From a virus (lineage: Duplodnaviria > Caudoviricetes): 24,934 bases of DNA. The notes below the pieces were generated by a model. That model made no database searches. It was not told the DNA's origin and worked only from the letters and a program-made list of their open reading frames with translations. Location: the IMG/VR virus record IMGVR_UViG_3300032279_000064, positions 1-24,934 of that record, one strand, 5' to 3'. The position numbers were made by a program, and so were the translations under genes. This document shows, piece after piece, positions 16,457-24,934 of this stretch. Every line of letters begins with the position of its first letter. Positions within the stretch are counted from its first letter, which is position 1.

Positions 16457-16485
16457 ATATTTACCCATAAGTTGGGTATAAATAT
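16457..16485. promoter_or_regulatory. Divergent pair of late promoters forming a near-palindrome
   Basis: TATAAATA at 16477-16484 (+) and TAAATA at 16463-16458 (-). Arms ATATTTACCCA and TGGGTA(TA)AATAT. Confidence 0.7.
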
Positions 16486-16489
16486 TCAT

Positions 16490-17128
16490 ATGAGAATCTC
16501 AGACCTACAATTAATGGAAGGCAGAAACACACCAGTGATCTGTGTGGATGTGCAACCTGAATACATGAATCCTGTGTTGGAAGATATTATTCAATTTGTG
16601 AACAATCAAACTGGTCCTGTGCTCATGTATGTGAATGCTGAAGATCAAGGCCTAAGTGGTGACACTGTGCAGGATGTGAAGTCATACTGGGAAGATACCA
16701 TACGTGGAGAAGATGCAGACCCAGAAGATTATAATGATTCTCCCATCAACTGGAGCAGATTTCAAATAGTGGACAAGGGTTATGGGTTTTTTCGAACTTT
16801 CATAGATGCAGGCATAAGTGATAAAGTGATCATCAAAACCATTAGGTTGATGTATCAAAACAAAGTATACGACAGTCGTGAATTGTTTGGTGGTGAACAC
16901 AGCGACGATTATGCTGAGAAATTTGAACAGTTTATAGGCCACGAGTTCGAGTCATGGATGTTGAGTGATGGAATCACAGTGAAGTGGACCAGTGTGGCAC
17001 AGCTCAAACGCTTCAGTGGTGCATACATTGTGGGCGGTGGCAGAAATGAATGCCTTAAAGAAGTTGAACTGCTCATGAATGCATTCAATATAAAGTACAA
17101 AAGAATAGATCATTTAGTGTATGGATAA
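16490..17128 (+). CDS. Isochorismatase/cysteine-hydrolase-like protein with an N-terminal MRISDLQLME leader
   Basis: VICVDVQPEY, VDKGYG and IVGGGRNECLKEV give an Asp/Lys/Cys arrangement like the nicotinamidase/isochorismatase family. Confidence 0.6.
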   Translation: MRISDLQLMEGRNTPVICVDVQPEYMNPVLEDIIQFVNNQTGPVLMYVNAEDQGLSGDTVQDVKSYWEDTIRGEDADPEDYNDSPINWSRFQIVDKGYGFFRTFIDAGISDKVIIKTIRLMYQNKVYDSRELFGGEHSDDYAEKFEQFIGHEFESWMLSDGITVKWTSVAQLKRFSGAYIVGGGRNECLKEVELLMNAFNIKYKRIDHLVYG

Positions 17129-17131
17129 CTT

Positions 17132-19369
17132 ATGAAATTAATCAACTTACTGGACAACGCCACTCCCACTGTGACAGAACTGGCTAAAAAGTACAAAACT
17201 GATGTAGCTAATGTTCGTGCACAACTCACCAAAGGTATAAACGTGGAAATGGAACACACCAGTCATGAGTCTGTGGCTCGTCAAATAGCCTTGGATCACT
17301 TGGGTGAGGATCTACACTATTATGAAAAATTGAGCAAGATTGAGAAGCCACTTGCAGAAGCCTTGGACCAATTCTCACCTGTACAGGATCCTACACCTAA
17401 TGAACTAAAATTGTTGGCCCGACGTAACAAATACCACAGTGCAAGATTTGTCATCTACAAGCCTGACCGTGATGGAAAAACACACTGGATAGCGGCTGAT
17501 AGTGAACACTTCACTCATCACAGCATGGCTCCAGCCATGGGAGCTTGGTTGATCCGAGGATATGTGCAATACCTGGGTGATGGCGAATATGCCTATCGCA
17601 GCATGGAAGTTTATTCTCCCAAAACTATGTACCATCCTCTACTTAAAACTTGGGAGCGGGCTGGTATTCAGGATGGCAATCCAGAAGTGGTAGAATCGCA
17701 TGCCATGATGGAATCCCTAATCAACAATGACCAAGGTTGGGGTAGGGTGCCCAACAATCAGAATGTGGACTACTTGGGCATGCGAGTGAGCATGAAACCC
17801 AGCATGTTTTTGAAACTGGCTGCACCTTTGGAGAGAGTAGATGCTCATAGTTTGAAGGGCATGGTGACTCATCTAAACTCCGGTGGTACAGTAGCCAGTC
17901 CTTGGTTGGTCATACGCATACCAGAAGCATGGGAAGAGGGTGACTATAATCAGGCGGCCAGAGTTACCAGCCATGAAGGCAGAAACAGAATGTATGCCAT
18001 CCAGGACGTGCAAGGTGACGCACCTGTGGAAGTGCATGTTTTCTTTGCATCAGGGCTGAGAGCCAGACACATAAAACCAGACTGGATGCGTCACATGATG
18101 CATGAGCTGATTCCACAAGGTCATAACACACCACAGTCTGATACTTGGTTCACACCCATCAAACAACAAGTGGATGAACATCTGGTAGCAGAGGCTGCAT
18201 CAGTCAAACTGGGACCTCAGTTGTATGTGCCGCATCCAAAAAATCTAAAAGAAGGTCTCAAACCAGAGGCCAAACTGTGGACCAGTACTGCTCACAAGAG
18301 TGATGCTGGTTACACTAGTGCCTGGGCAGAATGGTGTTCACATGCCATGCCAGCATGGTTGGGTCATGAAGGCACACTGTATGATGTGAAGCCTGGTGCT
18401 CGAATTCTCACCCTAAACACAGACCGTCAAGCTCGTGCCATTGCTAAAAAATATGGTGTGCAGATCACCAATGTGATCAGCCTGTTGACTCTCATGCCCT
18501 GGGATCGGATCAGCCAAGATTATGATGCTGTGCATCATGTGCCCTCTGGTGACAGACTGAGCAACCTGCTCATGGGCACATGGGACGTGGAAAGCACCGC
18601 TTGGTTCAACATGAACTTTTTGACCAATCCCCGCAAGGTGCACATAAGCATCCAAGATTCACCCTTAGATGAAGCCTGGAGCAAAAAATACAAAAAAAGC
18701 ATCAACTGTAGCAACCCCAAAGGGTTTAGCCAACGTGCTCATTGTGCAGGTAGGAAAGCCAGATCCTCACACAGAAAAACTAAATCTGTCAGTGTAAGTG
18801 AAATTACTAACCCGTCTAACACTTCACATCATATGGATCAGTTAACCACTCACCATTCAGAATTATATGATCAAATCCTCACCATACTGTGTGACATGAT
18901 TGATTATCAAAGCATTCACAACCCGGAAAAATACGGAGAGGTAGGAGCAGCCATTGTGGATCCTGACTCCAGGATCGTTGTGGGATTGAGCACAGCCAGC
19001 AACGGTAAGTGGCGTCACGCAGAATATACTGCCATTGTGGCCTATAATAAAAAGTATGGTGAAATTCCACCAGGAAGTGTGATAATAACCACTTGCAGCC
19101 CATGTAGTGCCCGAATGCCAGACAGGTACGGTGCCAGTTGCACACACAGAATAAATCAACAGCCTATTCCATTAGTTTATTGTGGATTTGAAGATCCCAC
19201 ACAACTCACTCACTTGCACAACTTTAAACTTGTGATCACCCAAAACACCCACATACATGACAGATGTGAAATACATGCACAGAGATTCATGGATTGGGAA
19301 CTGGAACAACAAACTCAAGATCACCCGGACCCACACAGTCAGGCAGCCCAAAAAGCCAATCAATCGTAG
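17132..19369 (+). CDS. 745-aa multi-module protein: DUF5661-like, unknown, ParB/Srx-like, ART-like, short Cys/His basic motif and Zn-dependent (RibD/TadA-like) deaminase
   Basis: G..VEMEHT...IALDHL.E...YY.KL; HEGRNR; LWTS...W.EWC...W..I..DYD...WDVES; WSKKYKKSINCSNPKGFSQRAHC; VGAAIV...HAE...CSPC-x11-C...YCGFEDP. The deaminase call is strongest; the ParB and ART calls are tentative. Confidence 0.75.
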   Translation: MKLINLLDNATPTVTELAKKYKTDVANVRAQLTKGINVEMEHTSHESVARQIALDHLGEDLHYYEKLSKIEKPLAEALDQFSPVQDPTPNELKLLARRNKYHSARFVIYKPDRDGKTHWIAADSEHFTHHSMAPAMGAWLIRGYVQYLGDGEYAYRSMEVYSPKTMYHPLLKTWERAGIQDGNPEVVESHAMMESLINNDQGWGRVPNNQNVDYLGMRVSMKPSMFLKLAAPLERVDAHSLKGMVTHLNSGGTVASPWLVIRIPEAWEEGDYNQAARVTSHEGRNRMYAIQDVQGDAPVEVHVFFASGLRARHIKPDWMRHMMHELIPQGHNTPQSDTWFTPIKQQVDEHLVAEAASVKLGPQLYVPHPKNLKEGLKPEAKLWTSTAHKSDAGYTSAWAEWCSHAMPAWLGHEGTLYDVKPGARILTLNTDRQARAIAKKYGVQITNVISLLTLMPWDRISQDYDAVHHVPSGDRLSNLLMGTWDVESTAWFNMNFLTNPRKVHISIQDSPLDEAWSKKYKKSINCSNPKGFSQRAHCAGRKARSSHRKTKSVSVSEITNPSNTSHHMDQLTTHHSELYDQILTILCDMIDYQSIHNPEKYGEVGAAIVDPDSRIVVGLSTASNGKWRHAEYTAIVAYNKKYGEIPPGSVIITTCSPCSARMPDRYGASCTHRINQQPIPLVYCGFEDPTQLTHLHNFKLVITQNTHIHDRCEIHAQRFMDWELEQQTQDHPDPHSQAAQKANQS

Positions 19370-19385
19370 TAAACCTGTAGCCTGG

Positions 19386-19391
19386 TAAATA
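19386..19391 (+). promoter_or_regulatory. Putative late promoter (TAAATA)
   Basis: TAAATA ends 5 nt before ATG 19397. Confidence 0.6.
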
Positions 19392-19396
19392 CTCAT

Positions 19397-20242
19397 ATGA
19401 AGATTAAAGAGATTATGGCATGTGTGGCTCATGATCACACACACTTAACTGAACGCACTACCAGAACTAGCAAGGTGGGTGCACCAGGCACTCTTAAGGC
19501 CAAAATTTCTGGTAAGGTAACTTGTGACAAAGTGCAAAAACTCAAGCACAGGCGGAATGCCACTCCGCACGATGTGAGTCAAGCAAACTGGTTCATAAAC
19601 ATGCATGGATGTGCCAAATCCACCCAGCTGACAGAAATATTCAGAGAACCTGCACAGCATGTGAAGTGGAATCGTGGTCAGCATGGTGAATATCACTTCT
19701 TTGAGACTGAGTTTGCATTCCAGAACAAGAGAGTGGTTGTGGGCATGTATGAGGATCATGATCAAATTAGTGCCAAGTTTGTGGCACGCAACACAGACAT
19801 GGACTTGCCACCCAGTTACCAAGGATACAGTGTGGTGTTCAGTGTGAACGGCAGCACAGATGCAACTGGGGAGTTGGGTACTGCTGCCAGCAAGCTGTTT
19901 GCACAAGTGGTCAGCGTGCTAAAAGGTTTCCTGAGCACCCATTCCTGGGATTATGTGTTTTTTGTGGGTGGAGAAGAAAGCAGAGACAGGCTGTATGATG
20001 CACTAGCACATCTGTTAGCTAATCAAGTGGGCGCCAAAGTGGCCACATACAGAAGTGACTTTCTCGTATACAAGCCATACACAGAATTAACAGAAGCAGG
20101 TGGCGTAGGGTTGGTGGTGCCTGGAGTCAACATGCCTGCTGGTATTCATCCTGATGAGATCCAGCGTCAAGCACGCAAATTGGGATTTAAAGTGAACAAG
20201 CAGGGCGTGCCACCCATTGTGCGCTCCAATGGTAAGTTGTGA
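19397..20242 (+). CDS. Three-module hypothetical protein delimited by LTE motifs; probable virion internal protein
   Basis: MKIKEI leader; LTE at aa 17-19, 78-80 and 231-233. Confidence 0.7.
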   Translation: MKIKEIMACVAHDHTHLTERTTRTSKVGAPGTLKAKISGKVTCDKVQKLKHRRNATPHDVSQANWFINMHGCAKSTQLTEIFREPAQHVKWNRGQHGEYHFFETEFAFQNKRVVVGMYEDHDQISAKFVARNTDMDLPPSYQGYSVVFSVNGSTDATGELGTAASKLFAQVVSVLKGFLSTHSWDYVFFVGGEESRDRLYDALAHLLANQVGAKVATYRSDFLVYKPYTELTEAGGVGLVVPGVNMPAGIHPDEIQRQARKLGFKVNKQGVPPIVRSNGKL

Positions 20243-20284
20243 ACATATTGTAATCATCACTCACATGTTGCATAATTCCGGCAC

Positions 20285-20968
20285 ATGTTATCCAGTGTTC
20301 AACAACGACTTGCAGAATTATCTGCACAGCCTCTGCTACCAGAATCCCATGTGAGATTTCTGTATCATTTGAGAGATCAGGGGGTACAGCCTGCCATCAT
20401 TTATGATGTGGGTGCATGTGTACTACACTGGTATTCACAAGCTGTGCAAGTATGGCCTCATGCGAAATATTATGTGTGTGAAGCCATGCACAGTGTGGAA
20501 TTCCTATACAAACAACATGGGTTAAACTACCATTTGGGTGTGCTCAGCAATAGCGATCGTAAAACTGTCACATTCTGGCAGAATGATCATCACCCTGGTG
20601 GTAACAGCTATTACAAAGAGAATGAGCTGTACAACCCAGAAGTTCATGAATATTGCAATGCACAGCATCGCAAACTGATGCCCACTTGTACGTTGGACAG
20701 AGTGATCACAGAACGTGGTTGGCCCTTGCCTGATCTGATCAAGATGGATGTGCAGGGTGCAGAAGCAGATGTATTACAAGGCATGCAACAGGTGCTGCCA
20801 CATGTGCAACATGTGATCCTGGAGTTGCAGCAGGTGGAATACAATCAAGGTGCACCAAAGGCACCACAGGTGATTGAATGGTTAACTCAACAGGGGTTCA
20901 CATGTGAAGCACCCTTGTTTAGTAACAATGGTGTGGATGGCGATTACTACTTTAGGAGAATGAGATGA
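20285..20968 (+). CDS. FkbM-family SAM-dependent methyltransferase
   Basis: IYDVGAC, TLD, PDLIKMDVQGAEADVLQG, ILE. Confidence 0.9.
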   Translation: MLSSVQQRLAELSAQPLLPESHVRFLYHLRDQGVQPAIIYDVGACVLHWYSQAVQVWPHAKYYVCEAMHSVEFLYKQHGLNYHLGVLSNSDRKTVTFWQNDHHPGGNSYYKENELYNPEVHEYCNAQHRKLMPTCTLDRVITERGWPLPDLIKMDVQGAEADVLQGMQQVLPHVQHVILELQQVEYNQGAPKAPQVIEWLTQQGFTCEAPLFSNNGVDGDYYFRRMR

Positions 20969-23694
20969 AGATTGCATTTGTGGACGTGTTAGGTCTGCCG
21001 TACGATGGCGACACACTGAACAAGAGAGGTTTGGGTGGCAGTGAGAGTGCTGTCATATACATGAGCGCTAATTTGGTTAAGTTGGGTTTTCAAGTCACAG
21101 TTTTCTGTGAATGTGACACAGATAATGCTCGCCCAGGCACATATGACGGTGTGCAATACAAACACTTATATGAACTTGCACATGATGACTGTGAATATGA
21201 TGTGATCATAAGCAGCAGAAGTGTGGAACCATTTGTGCCTGTAGACTGGGACAGATCATGGTGTAGACATGATCACATGTTATACAACACTTTACAAGGC
21301 AGTAAGGCACACAAAGTGCTCTGGATGCATGACACATTCTGTTCAGGTGACCATGTGTTGGAACAGCTGGTCATGCACAATCACTTCCAGGAAATGTTTG
21401 TGCTGAGTGACTGGCACATGACATATGTGCTCAACTGTGATCATGGGGCACGCAGAAACTATGAAGTGCTCAAACGAAAGACCTGGATCACACGCAATGG
21501 TGTGAACATTTGGCAGCCATATGTGGATGTGAGTACTAAAGATCCTTGGCAATTTGTGTATAACGCCAGTGTGAGTAAGGGTATGCAGATCCTGTTAGAG
21601 CATGTCTGGCCACGCATTCATGAGGCACATCCTGAAGCCAAGCTCAAAGTGATTGGTGGCTATTACAAGTTCAGATCAGATCAGCCACCAGATGAACAGG
21701 AACAACTGTGGCATCGTTTGAAAGATGCTCACAATCAAAAGCTGGGAGTACACTTCACAGGCATCATCCCTCAGCCGCAGATAGCAGAAATTCTAGCTGC
21801 AAGCACTGCAATGATTTACCCTAATGCATTCCCAGAAACATTTGGCATCAGTGCTCTTGAGAGTTTGTGCTATAACACACCACTCATCACCAATCGCTTT
21901 GGAGCACTAGAGGAAACTGCTGTGGACACAGCCTGCTACAAAGTGGATTATGCTATACAGCCAAACAGTTTGTTCCCTCTCATAAACACTGCGCACCAAG
22001 TGGATGCATTTGTACATGAGGTGTTGCAGGTCATACAAAACAGATATCTATTGCAGCAGAAACAACATGCATGCAGCATTGTGAAACCCTGGGTCACCTG
22101 GAACACAGTGGCACTACAATGGAAGCAACACTTTTTCCGTATCACAGATCGCATGCTGAGTTCAGAAGAATTTATTCAGTCAGCTCAGATCACAACCAGA
22201 ATTCAACAGATCTTTGGCCGTAGAACCACAAATCCAGAAGGGCATCAAGTATACCAAATACCTGAACAACCCATTGTGATCATATCCCCTTTCAGAAATG
22301 CTGAGAACTACATCAGCAGATGCATCATGAGTGTGGCCACACAATCATACACGCACGTGACACACATCCTGATTGATGATGCAAGCACAGACAGCAGCTA
22401 TCATATAGCACAAATGACTATTAACTCATGCCCTGTGCACATACAATCCCGAATCCAGTTGTGGCAGAACACACAAAGAGTGGGTGCTGTGGGCAATCAA
22501 TTTCAAGCTTTACAGTGGGTCAAGCAAAACTGCGCTGCCAACACCATTGTGTGTTTGTTGGATGGAGATGACTGGTTGGTGAACAGAAATGATGTACTCC
22601 ACATGATAAATCGTCACATGGATGATACATGTGATTTCAGTTATGGTAGCTCATGGAGTGTGGCAGATCAGATTCCCCTCATAGCGCAAGAATATCCACC
22701 TGATGTGAGAGCCACACGATCATACAGATCACACAAGTTCACCTGGATTATTCCCTATACCCACATGAGAACATTCAGAATTCATTTATTTGATGCACAA
22801 ATAAAATCTGAATGGCAGTCAGATTCTGGTGAATGGTGGCTAGCAGGCGGAGATACACATGTGTTCTATTCTCTCATAGAGCGTGTGCACCCTGATCGTA
22901 TCAAAGTCATGCAGGATGTGATTGTGAACTATAATGATGAAAACCCTTTGAACGACTACAAAGTGCATGCACAAGAACAGACTGCAACTGCTCATGCTGC
23001 CATAAGCCCTGTGTCTCAGGGGGGTACAACCGTGCTTACACCCACACCATCGCCAGTCACGCCATCTACTCCCCATGTGTTAAAACCCACACGCATTCTG
23101 TTGGCCATACCCACAGCCAAATATGTGGAAGTGGACACATTTAAAAGCATGTGGGATCTGCATGTGCCCGCTAACTGTGAGCTGGAGTTTCAATACTTTT
23201 ATGGTTATAACATACAGCAGATTAGAAATCTGCAAGTGATCTGGATGCTGAACAATCAGTTTGATCATGTGCTGCATGTGGACAGTGACATGACTTTTCC
23301 ACCTCACACACTGGAATGGCTATTGTACATGCAGACTGAACGCAGAGCCATCACAAGTGGATGCTATGTGCAACGCAAAGAGTCAGAAAAGATACTTGAA
23401 GTTTATGTGCATGATGTGCAAACAGGTGGTCATGTACATCTGCCTGTGCAAGATCTTGCACCCAATCGCATCATGAATGTGCAAGCCGTGGGATTTGGCT
23501 GCTGTTTGGTGAGGCGAGATGTGTATGAACAGGTGTCCGACCCTTGGTTTGAATATCACAACCCCACACCACACAAGGCGATTGTGAGTGAGGATGTGGA
23601 CTTGTGCATGAAGGCCACCCAAAAAGGCTTTGAAATTGGTGTGCACACAGGATTACATTATGGACACATTCACAAGACTATGTTGAGGCCATAA
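20965..23694 (+). CDS. Three-domain glycosyltransferase: GT4-like (GT-B) + GT2 + GT2-like
   Basis: GLGGSESAV...W.HD...YP..FPETFGISALE (GT4); IISPFRNAE...IDDASTD...LLDGDDW (GT2); Pro/Thr linker; LAIPT...HVDSDM...VGFGCCLV...SEDVDLC (GT-A). Confidence 0.9.
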   Translation: MKIAFVDVLGLPYDGDTLNKRGLGGSESAVIYMSANLVKLGFQVTVFCECDTDNARPGTYDGVQYKHLYELAHDDCEYDVIISSRSVEPFVPVDWDRSWCRHDHMLYNTLQGSKAHKVLWMHDTFCSGDHVLEQLVMHNHFQEMFVLSDWHMTYVLNCDHGARRNYEVLKRKTWITRNGVNIWQPYVDVSTKDPWQFVYNASVSKGMQILLEHVWPRIHEAHPEAKLKVIGGYYKFRSDQPPDEQEQLWHRLKDAHNQKLGVHFTGIIPQPQIAEILAASTAMIYPNAFPETFGISALESLCYNTPLITNRFGALEETAVDTACYKVDYAIQPNSLFPLINTAHQVDAFVHEVLQVIQNRYLLQQKQHACSIVKPWVTWNTVALQWKQHFFRITDRMLSSEEFIQSAQITTRIQQIFGRRTTNPEGHQVYQIPEQPIVIISPFRNAENYISRCIMSVATQSYTHVTHILIDDASTDSSYHIAQMTINSCPVHIQSRIQLWQNTQRVGAVGNQFQALQWVKQNCAANTIVCLLDGDDWLVNRNDVLHMINRHMDDTCDFSYGSSWSVADQIPLIAQEYPPDVRATRSYRSHKFTWIIPYTHMRTFRIHLFDAQIKSEWQSDSGEWWLAGGDTHVFYSLIERVHPDRIKVMQDVIVNYNDENPLNDYKVHAQEQTATAHAAISPVSQGGTTVLTPTPSPVTPSTPHVLKPTRILLAIPTAKYVEVDTFKSMWDLHVPANCELEFQYFYGYNIQQIRNLQVIWMLNNQFDHVLHVDSDMTFPPHTLEWLLYMQTERRAITSGCYVQRKESEKILEVYVHDVQTGGHVHLPVQDLAPNRIMNVQAVGFGCCLVRRDVYEQVSDPWFEYHNPTPHKAIVSEDVDLCMKATQKGFEIGVHTGLHYGHIHKTMLRP

Positions 23695-23698
23695 GGTT

Positions 23699-23704
23699 TA
23701 AATA
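23699..23704 (+). promoter_or_regulatory. Putative late promoter (TAAATA)
   Basis: TAAATA ends 5 nt before ATG 23710. Confidence 0.55.
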
Positions 23705-23709
23705 GGGTC

Positions 23710-24630
23710 ATGCCCAATTTATATGCGTTTGGCGCTCAAGCCATCAACTACTACAGCAAGTGTGGAATATGTTCCACCACAGACTTGACGTCTTTTGTGC
23801 CTGTGAGTGCACCCAATCTGCCATACACTCACTTATTGAGTGCAACCAGAAGCCCAAGTGGTGCATGGTGCATGACCACTAATTCTGGTGGTGCAGTAAG
23901 AACTTCCAATCTTGTGGATTACTATTCATATGACTTGAGTAATAAACAATGGCAGTTTAACAAAGTGTTGTATAGCACTCAATTCGTGGCAGTAGGTTTT
24001 GTGAGAACTTTGGAAAACCGGGAACAAGCCACCTTGTTTATAAGTGACTCTGCATTTGACGAATACAGCTGGCAAGCCAGATTTGCTGTGTTTGATACAT
24101 ACAGTGCATTTACAGATGTTTGCAATACCACTACAGGCAACATGGTGGCTGTGGGGTATGCTAACAAGCTGCAAGCCAGTTTGATGATTGTGGGATCTGT
24201 ATCAGGCAGATGGGAACAGATACAATTACCTGAGCACATGCAAGGTGGTGTATGGAGTGTGAGCAGTGATGGCACACGCATATGGGTGGGTGGAAGAGGA
24301 TGGATCGCCGTTGCCCCTCTTACCAATTTGTCCAACTGGATACGTGTTGATTTAGGCACTTCTGATACAGTCACTCAAATTGTGAATGCAAATGGTTTGA
24401 CTGTGGCTGTGGCAGGACACACAGTTTTCTATAGCACTAACGGTGTGGACTATGCCAACATTCAAATTACTGGGCATGAGCTCACATGTGCGCATGCTTA
24501 CAACAGCAAGATCATCCTGGGTGGTCACAGCATGCTCACACAATCAGACATGTGGGTGTTTGATCCTGTCTCCAAACAAGTGGATCCTAAAAAAACTGGT
24601 GTGCATGCATATTCGTTCGTGATGGTTTGA
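23710..24630 (+). CDS. Beta-propeller-like protein, probably virion-associated
   Basis: Blade-like segments about 40-45 aa apart (FVAVG, MVAVG, IWVGG, TVAVA, IILGG) and S.D/S.NG turns. Confidence 0.6.
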   Translation: MPNLYAFGAQAINYYSKCGICSTTDLTSFVPVSAPNLPYTHLLSATRSPSGAWCMTTNSGGAVRTSNLVDYYSYDLSNKQWQFNKVLYSTQFVAVGFVRTLENREQATLFISDSAFDEYSWQARFAVFDTYSAFTDVCNTTTGNMVAVGYANKLQASLMIVGSVSGRWEQIQLPEHMQGGVWSVSSDGTRIWVGGRGWIAVAPLTNLSNWIRVDLGTSDTVTQIVNANGLTVAVAGHTVFYSTNGVDYANIQITGHELTCAHAYNSKIILGGHSMLTQSDMWVFDPVSKQVDPKKTGVHAYSFVMV

Positions 24631-24689
24631 CACAATAACTCCTCACAAACACAATCACACATGTGTAATTTTAACCAGGAGTAAATCAC

Positions 24690-24934
24690 ATGACTAATGC
24701 AACCCCAGCCAACTTTGGTGCAGCAGATAAGACCAAGATCCAGCATCTGATCAATTCGGGCATTGAAGTTATGCGTGAAATTGCCACCCTCAGAGAGGGT
24801 CTCAAAGACACTGTGACCGCAGTATCTGATGAACTAGATCTGGAAAAGAAGGTGCTACAACGTGCAATTCGCATGGCTTATAAGAAGAGCCAGCAAAATC
24901 AGAATGTGGTGGAAGATGCCCAGGAGGAACTGGA
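24690..24934 (+). CDS. Double-stranded DNA-binding protein, T4 DsbA-like (3'-truncated)
   Basis: Not in the ORF track. AGGAG then ATG 24690: MTNATPANFGAADKTKIQHLINSGIEVMREIATLREGLKDTVTAVSDELDLEKKVLQRAIRMAYKKSQQNQNVVEDAQEEL, a helical pattern like T4 DsbA/GapR. Confidence 0.7.
   Translation, partial: MTNATPANFGAADKTKIQHLINSGIEVMREIATLREGLKDTVTAVSDELDLEKKVLQRAIRMAYKKSQQNQNVVEDAQEEL

Noticed and set aside
20248-20276. TTGTAA-17-CATAAT as a promoter (similarly TTGACA-17-CACAAT at 24627-24655)
   Set aside because: Plausible, but the matches are too weak to call without transcript data.
1741-24874. Many 60-190 aa antisense or out-of-frame ORFs in the track (e.g. 7812..8384 -, 5443..5904 -, 19445..19906 -, 24686..24874 -)
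   Set aside because: They overlap well-supported genes and have no recognisable motifs, so they are treated as shadow ORFs.
1-24934. Stop-codon reassignment (TAG or TGA recoding)
   Set aside because: Genes are full length in the standard code, and TAA, TGA and TAG all end genes at natural boundaries (TAG at 10338, 13876 and 19369). The one broken gene is an indel, not an in-frame stop.
1-24934. Eukaryotic giant virus or cellular origin, suggested by GTs, LRRs, RyR and CpG depletion
   Set aside because: Sigma70-type promoters, Shine-Dalgarno sites, stop/start overlaps, T4-like late motifs, a phage fibre tip and a DsbA-like gene all favour a bacteriophage.

Overview
Gene-dense segment of a large dsDNA bacteriophage, most likely a T4-related or jumbo-type myovirus. 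It shows sigma70-like early promoters, TAAATA late-promoter motifs, stop/start overlaps and standard-code stop usage. Left to right: (1) the 3' end of a collagen-like (Gly-Thr-Ser/Gly-Leu-Ser) tail fibre and two tail-associated genes; (2) a six-gene glycosyltransferase/FkbM-methyltransferase cluster with four tandem GT2 paralogs (one frameshifted) and a split GT9-like enzyme; (3) a RyR-domain gene; (4) an early block with a SWIM finger, Mesh1/SpoT-like HD hydrolase, ATP-dependent DNA ligase, UvsE and AdoMet decarboxylase; (5) a hairpin-rich convergent intergenic region; (6) on the minus strand, five tandem, overlapping LRR-like paralogs with constant caps and 2-6 variable 21-aa repeats; (7) late genes whose products look like modular polyproteins punctuated by prohead-protease-type (L/V/M)-x-E sites, carrying ParB-like, ART-like and Zn-deaminase modules; (8) a further FkbM gene and a three-domain glycosyltransferase; (9) a beta-propeller-like gene and a truncated DsbA-like gene. 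The best candidates for undescribed biology are the variable-LRR array, the putative protease-processed virion effector polyproteins and the putative fibre-glycosylation system. All product calls come from motif recognition by eye; no searches were run.
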